DNA of 54,898 nucleotides from an uncultured Gemmatimonadaceae bacterium (GTDB lineage Bacteria; Gemmatimonadota; Gemmatimonadetes; Longimicrobiales; RSA9), in the NCBI GenBank assembly GCA_964391035.1, contig CAYMLW010000001.1:1-54898 (forward strand). The letters run 5' to 3'. The position numbers were made by a program, and so were the translations under genes. This document shows positions 35,213 through 44,095 of this stretch, one piece after another. Position 1 is the first letter of the stretch; each line of letters opens with the position of its first letter. The notes beneath the pieces were generated by a model. It worked only from the letters and a program-made list of their open reading frames with translations. It did not search any database and was not told the DNA's origin.

Positions 35213-36319
35213 ATGAGAATGGCGTTCGTGCTGCTCCTGACCGTGCACGGACTGACTCATATGATGGGGTTCGTGAAAGGGGTCGGGCTGTTCGAAGTGC
35301 CCGAGCTCCGGAGCCCGGTGTCGCAAGCGCAGGGGCTGCTCTGGCTGGTCGCCGGGCTGCTCTTCCTCTTCGGCGGCACCCTGCTGGTCGTGGCGCCGAC
35401 GTACTGGTGGGTCCCGACCGCGGTCGGGTTGGTCCTGTCACAGACGCTCATCCTCTCGGCATGGAGCGATGCCCGGGTCGGCACGATCGCCAATGCGATC
35501 ATCCTCGTCCCCCTCGTGGTGACACTGGCGAACCTCCGGTCCTCGAGCCTCCACTCGCAATACGAGGCCGCGGTCGACCGGGCCCTGGCCAGCACGGCCC
35601 CTTCCGGCGAGATGATCACGGAGTCGGACCTGGAGGCGCTGCCAGCGCTCGTCGCCGGGTACCTGCGGCGCGTGGACGTGGTGGGCCAGCCACGGGTGGC
35701 GGGAGTCCATGCGGTGTTCGATGCCCGGATCCGGGGCGCAGCCGACGATCCGTGGATGACCGGAACGGCGGAGCAGTACGAGTTCTTCGACCCGCCGGTC
35801 CGACTCTTCTTCATGAAAGCGTGGCGCGCCGGGCTGCCGGTGTACGTCTACCACCGCTACGCCGGCTCGGACACGACCATGCGAGGGAAGCTGCTCGGCC
35901 TGTTCACCGTCCTCGACGTGTCGGGCCCGGAGCTCACCCGGAGCGAGACCGTCACGCTCCTGAACGACATGGTCTTCCTCGCCCCCGGCGCGCTGGTGGA
36001 CGCCCCGATCGAATGGCAGACGCTCGACGGGCGGCGCGTGCATGCCACCTACCGCAACGCCGGCTACACCGTCTCGGCCGTCCTCCACTTCGACGAAGCG
36101 GGTGACATGGTCGACTTCGAATCCCGGGACCGCTATCGATTCGACGGCGGCTCCCACGTGCTGGAGCGCTGGTCCACTCCCTTCTTCGAGTACGGCCGCT
36201 TCGGGCCGTACCGCCTGCCCACGGGCGGCGTAGCGCAGTGGGGCGAGTCGGGGGAAGAGTGGGCCTACGGCGAGTTCCTGCTGGACCGGATCACCTACGA
36301 CCCCTGGTCGGAGCGGTAG
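35213..36319 (+). CDS. Conserved hypothetical membrane-anchored protein (resembles DUF6544-type proteins; tentative)
   Basis: Track ORF 35213..36319. Three N-terminal TM helices, then a ~250-aa soluble domain. High GC3. Confidence 0.55.
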   Translation: MRMAFVLLLTVHGLTHMMGFVKGVGLFEVPELRSPVSQAQGLLWLVAGLLFLFGGTLLVVAPTYWWVPTAVGLVLSQTLILSAWSDARVGTIANAIILVPLVVTLANLRSSSLHSQYEAAVDRALASTAPSGEMITESDLEALPALVAGYLRRVDVVGQPRVAGVHAVFDARIRGAADDPWMTGTAEQYEFFDPPVRLFFMKAWRAGLPVYVYHRYAGSDTTMRGKLLGLFTVLDVSGPELTRSETVTLLNDMVFLAPGALVDAPIEWQTLDGRRVHATYRNAGYTVSAVLHFDEAGDMVDFESRDRYRFDGGSHVLERWSTPFFEYGRFGPYRLPTGGVAQWGESGEEWAYGEFLLDRITYDPWSER

Positions 36320-36329
36320 GCCCGGCCGG

Positions 36330-37829
<1,500 letters not shown>

Positions 37830-37957
37830 TCAAACCGTGAGTCGCTCGAACGGGATCGGGACCTGTCCGGGCGCTCCCGGGGCCCCTACCTTGGCCCGAC
37901 ACCCGTGGGCGCGCCGCTGGCCGCGCCCCCATTGCGCCTTCAGCCGGATGGCTCGCC

Positions 37958-38578
37958 GTGGCGAACAAGAAGACGAAGACGGTTCGCGTCGTACGAACCC
38001 GCAAGGGAGTGAGGGAATACACGCACCTGGGCTGCCCGCTCACCCGGAACCGGACGGCCTGGTGCTATCGGCTGTGTGTACCGGACGTCGATGGGAAGGG
38101 GGAGTGCGGCCGGCTGGCGCCCCACGGCCTGAAGAGCCGGACGCAGCGGGCGATCGAGGAGCACAACCAGAAGCTGCGGGCGGCGAGACTCGAGGAGCTG
38201 GAGTCGGCCTATCTGGCCGCGCCGGACCTCGAGGGCCGGGACCCCGGCGTACGCGTGGCGGGCGGCGAGGCCGAGGTCGTCCTGCAGATCAACGAGGGCG
38301 ACCTGGTGGCCGGCGCCGTGTCGCCGACCCTCTGTTTCCGTGGCATGCACGACTCGGCGCGGCTGGTGGTTGCGTCACTGGTGTTGGAGGAGACCGTGGC
38401 GGCGCTGGAGTTCGACATGAAGCTCACCGGGGCGGAGACGCCGGGCGACCTCCTGATCGCCCGTAGCCTGTTCGTCGGCCAGTCCGATGACCACTACATC
38501 ATCGAGTCGGTGCTGGCGGACGACGAGGGCCGGGAGCTGGGGCGGGGGACTGGGACGTTCGTCGTTCAGTCGACATAG
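37958..38578 (+). CDS. Two-domain protein: basic Cys-rich N-terminal region plus C-terminal hotdog (PaaI-thioesterase-like) domain
   Basis: Track ORF 37958..38578 (GTG start). The N-terminus has 4 Cys (GCPLTRNRTAWCYRLCVPDVDGKGECG), followed by a predicted helix. The C-terminal ~110 aa resemble PaaI/DUF4442-type hotdog folds (tentative). Confidence 0.6.
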   Translation: MANKKTKTVRVVRTRKGVREYTHLGCPLTRNRTAWCYRLCVPDVDGKGECGRLAPHGLKSRTQRAIEEHNQKLRAARLEELESAYLAAPDLEGRDPGVRVAGGEAEVVLQINEGDLVAGAVSPTLCFRGMHDSARLVVASLVLEETVAALEFDMKLTGAETPGDLLIARSLFVGQSDDHYIIESVLADDEGRELGRGTGTFVVQST

Positions 38579-38621
38579 CGGCTCAGGTGTTGGTCGGTGG
38601 CCGGTTCCCGCGCCCGGCGGC

Positions 38622-39596
38622 TCAGCCGCCGGACTCCTTCCACGGGTGGGCCGGAACCAGTGTCTCACCGGCGCGCCAGCCGCGGACGTGGAACTCCCGG
38701 GCGCCGCTCACGCTCCGGCCGGTTTCCCGGTCCGTGACGGTCACCGTGAGCCGGTACCTCCCCCGGGGAAGCGACGCCTGGACGTAGCGCAGCTCCGGGA
38801 TCATCGCGTCCGGCCCCGGCAGCGCCTCGCCCGCGAACCGCAGGCCCACCGGGTCGTCGGCCCCTTCACCGGCGAGGGACTCGACCTGGATCTGTGTGGT
38901 ATACGGGTGCCCGTGTGGCAGGTTGTAGATCTCGTAGTAGACATTGAACGAGCTGGAAGGGAACTGGTTGGTCGGCAGCAGCGCGAGCGTTACGTCGCCG
39001 CGTCGCCAGCCGTCGCGGGCGTCCACGGGCTGGGCCAGGGCGACGTCGCTGAGCATGAGGTCGGTACCCCGGTAGTCGCGGATCGGGAAGGGCGAGTGGT
39101 AGAGCTGACCGACGCCCGGCGCCGTCGCTTCGAGCATGACCACACGCTGCTCGATGTCCCGGGACGGCTCGGCCTCGACCTGGATGTGCGTGTAGAGCAG
39201 GTGGTCCCGGCGCAGCGCCCGCGGGAGCGCGACGTACACCGAGTCATCGGTCCGTGAGACCGAGCGCTCGGCCGTGTCGGCCAGGACGAGGCTGACATCG
39301 AACCGGTACCGGACGCCCTTCTCGACATGCTCCGCCCGCAACTCACCGGCAGACACGGCGAACGCGGCAACGACCGAGGTCTCGCCGCCATCGCCGCGGA
39401 AGGTGTAGAGGTCGTAGTAGAAAGGCAGGTTGCCCGGGTACGAGCCGGCGGACTCGTCGCCGCCATCGGGGGTAGTCTGGGCCGCGGCCGGTGCCACCGC
39501 GACGGGGGCCCACGCCACGAGCAGCACGGCTAACGCACGGACCGGCAGACGGGCCCGCACGCGGGGCGGACCGGGGACGTGGTGATTCCGTTGCAT
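38622..39596 (-). CDS. Secreted protein of unknown function (324 aa)
   Basis: Track ORF 38622..40010 trimmed to ATG 39596. Signal peptide ...ALAVLLVAWAPVAVAPAAAQ. Beta-rich composition. Confidence 0.65.
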   Translation of the reverse strand: MQRNHHVPGPPRVRARLPVRALAVLLVAWAPVAVAPAAAQTTPDGGDESAGSYPGNLPFYYDLYTFRGDGGETSVVAAFAVSAGELRAEHVEKGVRYRFDVSLVLADTAERSVSRTDDSVYVALPRALRRDHLLYTHIQVEAEPSRDIEQRVVMLEATAPGVGQLYHSPFPIRDYRGTDLMLSDVALAQPVDARDGWRRGDVTLALLPTNQFPSSSFNVYYEIYNLPHGHPYTTQIQVESLAGEGADDPVGLRFAGEALPGPDAMIPELRYVQASLPRGRYRLTVTVTDRETGRSVSGAREFHVRGWRAGETLVPAHPWKESGG

Positions 39597-39837
39597 ATCT
39601 GAACGATGATGGGGCAGGTCGTCTCTGCCAACTCCGATGAAGGGCATCGCGGCCCAGAGTCGAGTACCACGGCCCGGACCGCGGGGTTCCGACGGGGAGG
39701 GACAGGGGCTGTCGACTCGCTCCCGTCGTGGGGGCGATACGGGCGAGGGGGGAGGGATGTCCCGCGGCTGGCGACCGGCTCGCCGCCAGCGCAGATTGGG
39801 AGCGTTCCAGTCGCCGCGTTCACCAGCGTACCGACCC

Positions 39838-40152
39838 ATGCGCACCCTCGTGCTGCTCGCCATGCTGACGCCTGCCACCGCCGCCGCCCAGATCCCGGAA
39901 GGCTGGACCGACTTCGACCGCCAGTTCCGGGAGTACGTGGAGAGGGACGGCGTGGTGGGCGCGAGTGTCGTTTTCGTGAAGGACGGCCGCGTGCTCGCGC
40001 GGAGCGACACGGGCCACGCCGATCGGGCCTTCCTCTACCTCAATCCCCGGACCCGGGCCGCCGTGATCGCCGCCTTCAACACCACCAACTACGCCTCGCC
40101 CACCGACCGGGTCGCGCGGGTGCGGGAAGCTGCCATCGCGCTCCTGCGGTGA
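39838..40152 (+). pseudogene. Beta-lactamase-family serine hydrolase remnant (in-frame internal deletion, 104 codons)
   Basis: The signal peptide and N-terminal strand (MRTLVLLAMLTPATAAAQIPEGWTDFDRQFREYVERDGVVGASVVFVKDGRVLARSDTGHAD) join directly to a family C-terminus (AFLYLNPRTRAAVIAAFNTTNY...). The catalytic SxxK core is missing. Confidence 0.55.
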
Positions 40153-40420
40153 GCCCGGGCCACCGGCCCGCCTCATCAGCGACAGCACCTCCGACCGCAG
40201 CTCGCGGTTGTCGGCTCTTGCCCCCGGCACGGCCGTCGTCACCATGCGCGCGCCCTCCTCGCGGGCGTACACGTCCACCGTCCGCGCCACGGGCCGCCCG
40301 CGCCGGCGTCACCCGGGGACCCTCCCGACGATGGGACCTGGACCCGGTACTGCCCGGACGCCTGCGTCCTGTTATCGTAGCGCGAGACGGGGCGGGCGGA
40401 ATCGGAACCGGGGACGGCAC

Positions 40421-41431
40421 ATGACCGGATCGAGGCGTGTGGCCCTCGTGCTGGGCAGCGGCGGCGCCCGCGGGTATGCCCATATCGGGGTCATCCAGGA
40501 GCTGGAGGCCCAGGGCTTCCGGATCGGCGGGATCGCCGGCACCTCCATGGGCGCGCTGGTGGGGGGGCTGTACGCGGCGGGTCGACTCGAGGCGTACACC
40601 GACTGGGTGCGCGGTCTCAGCTACCGGGACGTGCTGCGGCTGCTGGACCCGGTGCTCATCGGGCCCGGTGCTGTCCGTGCCGAGAAGATCCTGGCCAAGG
40701 TGACGGAGCTTGTGGGCGATACCGCGATCGAGGAGCTGCCGATCCCGTTCACCGCCGTGGCCACCGACCTGAGCGCCCAGAAGGAGGTCTGGTTCCAGCA
40801 GGGCCGCCTCGACGCCGCGATCCGGGCGTCCATCGCGATTCCCGGGCTGATCACGCCGGTTGTCATGCACGGTCGACTGCTGGCCGACGGCGGGCTGCTG
40901 AACCCGCTGCCGGTCGTCGCGACAGCGGCCATCCCCGCGGATGTGACGATCGCCGTATCTCTCTGGGAGGATCACGTCACCCCCGGGGGTTGGCCACCGG
41001 ATCCGGCCCGGCGCCATGCGGGAACGGTCACGGAGGCGGACGAGCAGTCGGAGCCTCCGGGCTGGCGGGACCTCGAGCTGATGCGGACGCTGGCCGGGTG
41101 GCTCGACAGCCTGCGCGGTCCCTTCGACCAGGATGCGGAGCCGGGAGCCGGGAACGGGGAGCGAGACGGGGAGCGGCCCGGCGTCTTCGAGGAGCTGCCG
41201 CCCGGATTGCGGACCCGCGACGTCCTCGAGCTGGCCCTCGACACGCTGCGGGGGGTGGTGGCGAAGTACCGACTGGCCGGCTATCCCCCCGACGTCCTCA
41301 TCACCATCCCCCGGGACGCGTGCGGGGCCATGGAATTCCACCGGGCGGAAGAGATGATCGCCCTCGGTCGGGAACGGGCCCGGACCGTGCTCGCGCGTCT
41401 GGACGGGGGCGAGGCACAGCCGGGTCGCTGA
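40421..41431 (+). CDS. Patatin-like phospholipase (RssA-like)
   Basis: ATG 40421 within track ORF 40208..41431. GSGGARG oxyanion motif, GTSMG nucleophile, DGG catalytic Asp motif (LLADGGLLNPLP). Confidence 0.9.
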   Translation: MTGSRRVALVLGSGGARGYAHIGVIQELEAQGFRIGGIAGTSMGALVGGLYAAGRLEAYTDWVRGLSYRDVLRLLDPVLIGPGAVRAEKILAKVTELVGDTAIEELPIPFTAVATDLSAQKEVWFQQGRLDAAIRASIAIPGLITPVVMHGRLLADGGLLNPLPVVATAAIPADVTIAVSLWEDHVTPGGWPPDPARRHAGTVTEADEQSEPPGWRDLELMRTLAGWLDSLRGPFDQDAEPGAGNGERDGERPGVFEELPPGLRTRDVLELALDTLRGVVAKYRLAGYPPDVLITIPRDACGAMEFHRAEEMIALGRERARTVLARLDGGEAQPGR

Positions 41432-41483
41432 GCCGGTCGCCCGCTACCGCCGACCGCAGCTGCAGCCGGCGCGAGCGGCGGGC

Positions 41484-42779
41484 TCACTCCGGCTCCGGCG
41501 CATGGACGACCCGCGCCTCCTGGACCCCGCGGCCCCGTACCGCCGACACTTCGAGCACGACGTCCTCGTGCTCGATTCGATCGCCCACGGAGGGCGGACG
41601 ACCGAGCCCGGCGATGATCAGCCCGCTCACCGTATCCACCTCCTCGTGCTCGAGGACCAGGCCGAGGGCCTCGCCCAGCTCGTCCAGCCGGACCGTTCCG
41701 GCCACCGCAAGGCGGTCCGCCTCGTCCCTACGGATCGACGGGCGTTCGCCCGGGTCCGCGATGTCGCCGACCACTTCCTCGAACAGGTCCTCGAGGGTCA
41801 GGAGTCCGGCGGTACCGCCGTGCTCGTCGATGACGACGGCCATCTGGGAGCGAATCCGACGCAGCGTGGCGAGCACGCGGTCGAGGGGCTCGGTTGCCGG
41901 AACGAACGGGATGTCCCGGACGAAGGCCCGGTCCAGGGTTCCACCGCCCTGGAGCTGGGCGAGGAGGTCCTTCACGTGGACGAACCCGACGATCTGGTCC
42001 ATGTCGCCGTCGTAGACCGGGTATCGGGTATGGCGCTCGGTCTCCAGGGACGCCGCCACGTCGGCTCTCGTTGCGCCCAGCGGGAACGCGATCACCTGCG
42101 TTCGGGGAACCATCACTTCGCCCGCCGTCAGGTCCGAGAACTCCAGGAGCTCCTGGATGATCCGGGCCGGCTCCCGGGCCAGCAGGCCTCCGGCGCGGCT
42201 CTCGGCCACGATGAAGCTCAGCTCGTCCGCCGTCCGGTAGCTCTCCTCGCTCACGGCGGTCCGCTCCACGCCCATCAGCTTCAGGATGCCGTTGCCGATG
42301 CCGTTCAGCGTCAGGACCAGGGGATAGAGGGACACCTCCACGACCCGCATGGGGAGAGCGATGAGCCGTGCGACGGTGCCAGGCGACTGGAGGGCCAGCG
42401 ATTTCGGGACCATCTCGCCGAGGACCACGTGGAGATAGGTGAGGAACGCCACGGCCAGGACGCTCGCCAGCGCGTGGGCCCCGATCCACCGGAACACCCC
42501 CAGCGCTTCGAGCTGATGGGCCAGCCACTCGGCCAGGAGGTGCTCGCCGTACATACCGAGAGCGAGACTCGCCGACGTGATCCCGAGCTGCGCCGTGGCA
42601 ATGTAGCGGTCCTGTTCCCGGGCGTCCCGGAGGACCCGGTGGACCAGCTTCGCCAGACGATCTCCCTGCCTCGCCGCCCGCTCGAACGCAGGGCGTGAGG
42701 ACCCGATGATCGCGAACTCCGCGGCCACGAACAGGCCGTTCAGGAGGATCAGCAGCGCGATGATCAGGGCCGGGATCAC
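41484..42779 (-). CDS. CNNM/CorC/HlyC-family transporter (DUF21 + CBS pair + CorC_HlyC), paralog 2
   Basis: Track ORF 41484..43814 trimmed to GTG 42779 (VIPALIIALLILLNGLFVAAEFAII...). This start forms a GTGA overlap with the upstream paralog stop. The remaining 345 codons of the track ORF are out-of-frame overlap with that paralog. Confidence 0.85.
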   Translation of the reverse strand: MIPALIIALLILLNGLFVAAEFAIIGSSRPAFERAARQGDRLAKLVHRVLRDAREQDRYIATAQLGITSASLALGMYGEHLLAEWLAHQLEALGVFRWIGAHALASVLAVAFLTYLHVVLGEMVPKSLALQSPGTVARLIALPMRVVEVSLYPLVLTLNGIGNGILKLMGVERTAVSEESYRTADELSFIVAESRAGGLLAREPARIIQELLEFSDLTAGEVMVPRTQVIAFPLGATRADVAASLETERHTRYPVYDGDMDQIVGFVHVKDLLAQLQGGGTLDRAFVRDIPFVPATEPLDRVLATLRRIRSQMAVVIDEHGGTAGLLTLEDLFEEVVGDIADPGERPSIRRDEADRLAVAGTVRLDELGEALGLVLEHEEVDTVSGLIIAGLGRPPSVGDRIEHEDVVLEVSAVRGRGVQEARVVHAPEPE

Positions 42780-44095
42780 GACGCCTCCCCGTCCGCGGGC
42801 CTGCGGGGCGCCACCAGGACCGTCACGACGGCCCGCCGCTCGACCTTCTCGACCTCGGCCGCCACGCCGTCGATCTCCAGACGGTCGCCCGGCTGGGGGA
42901 CCCGGCCGAGCCGCTCCATGACGAGCCCGCCCACCGTGTCGGAATCCCCCTCCCAGCGAGTGCCGACCCAACGCTCCGTCTCGTCGAGCAGCATGTCCCC
43001 GGGGATCCGTACATGGCCGTCTGGCAGGCGCTCGGGCGCGCCGCCAGCGTGCTTGAACTCGTCGGCCACGTCGCCCAGGAGCTCGCTGAGGATGTCCTCC
43101 GTGGTGATGATCCCGGAGGTGCCGCCGAAGTCGTCCACTACCACGGCCATCACACCCCGCTCCTCGCGCATGAGGGTGAGCACCCGGTCGGCGGACACGG
43201 CCTCGTGCACCGCGAGGATCGGTCGGATGTAGCCGTCGAGGGTATCGTCGGGCGGCCCGTCGGCCAGGGCGGTGGCGGCGAGGTCCTTGACGTGGACCAG
43301 CCCGATGACCTGGTCGATCGACCCGTCGTAGACCGGCAGACGGGTGTACGGCATCGTCGCGGCCACCTCGACGGCCCTGGCCACACCGCCGGCCCGGGGC
43401 ACGGCAACCACGCGGGTGCGCGGGACCATCAGCTCCCGGGCGGTGCGGCGGGTGAGACCGAGGGCCTGGTTCAGCCGACGCTGCTCTTCCGGCCGGAGGT
43501 GCCCGCCTTCCCGGCTCTCGGCGACCAGGTACTTGATCTCCTCCGCCGAGTGCAGGTGCCGGTGCGCCTTCGGCTCCACTCCCAGCAGCTTCAGGACGAT
43601 CCAGCCGCTGCCGTTCAGGATCACGATGAACCAGGCCAGCAGCTTCTCCGACCAGCGCATCGGGACCACCGTGAGCAGCGCGAGCCGTGTCGGATACTGG
43701 AGCGCCAGCGATTTCGGCACGAGCTCGCCCAGGATCATCTGGAGCGTGGTCAGCCCGATGAGGATCACGGCCGCCGAGGTGGACTGGGCCGCCACCACCT
43801 GCATGTCTCCCCACGACTCGAACACCGGGGTGAGCGCTTGACCCAGGGTCGCCTGCCCGTATGCCCCCAGGACGAGGCTCGAGACCGTGATGCCGACCTG
43901 GCAGGCCGCGATATAGCGGTCCAGCCGGGGCGCTTCCTTCAATGTCGGGAGGAGCGCACGGGCCAGGGCGTTCCCCTCCTCGGCCATCTGGCGGATCCGG
44001 CTCCGGCGGACGCTCACCGCCGCGAACTCCGCCGCCACGAAGAGCCCGTTGAAGCCGATGAGGACCGCGATCAGGAGCCAGGTGAACGCGGTCAC
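42776..44095 (-). CDS. CNNM/CorC/HlyC-family transporter, paralog 1
   Basis: Track ORF 42776..44095 (GTG start). GTGA overlap with the APC permease stop. FNGLFVAAEFAAVSVRRSRI..., a CBS pair and a CorC_HlyC C-terminus. Confidence 0.9.
   Translation of the reverse strand: MTAFTWLLIAVLIGFNGLFVAAEFAAVSVRRSRIRQMAEEGNALARALLPTLKEAPRLDRYIAACQVGITVSSLVLGAYGQATLGQALTPVFESWGDMQVVAAQSTSAAVILIGLTTLQMILGELVPKSLALQYPTRLALLTVVPMRWSEKLLAWFIVILNGSGWIVLKLLGVEPKAHRHLHSAEEIKYLVAESREGGHLRPEEQRRLNQALGLTRRTARELMVPRTRVVAVPRAGGVARAVEVAATMPYTRLPVYDGSIDQVIGLVHVKDLAATALADGPPDDTLDGYIRPILAVHEAVSADRVLTLMREERGVMAVVVDDFGGTSGIITTEDILSELLGDVADEFKHAGGAPERLPDGHVRIPGDMLLDETERWVGTRWEGDSDTVGGLVMERLGRVPQPGDRLEIDGVAAEVEKVERRAVVTVLVAPRRPADGEAS

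Noticed and set aside
38614-38632. Perfect 8-bp hairpin CCGGCGGC-TCA-GCCGCCGG between convergent genes, considered as a bidirectional terminator.
   Set aside because: It overlaps the stop codon and last codons of gene 38622-39596 and has no flanking T/A tract. It cannot be distinguished from chance GC palindromes in this genome.
42780-43814. Upstream 345 codons of track ORF 41484..43814, which would give a 776-aa protein.
   Set aside because: They are an out-of-frame overlap with the well-supported CNNM paralog 42776-44095. The CNNM DUF21 N-terminus (VIPALIIALLILLNGLFVAAEFA) starts at GTG 42779, in a GTGA junction.
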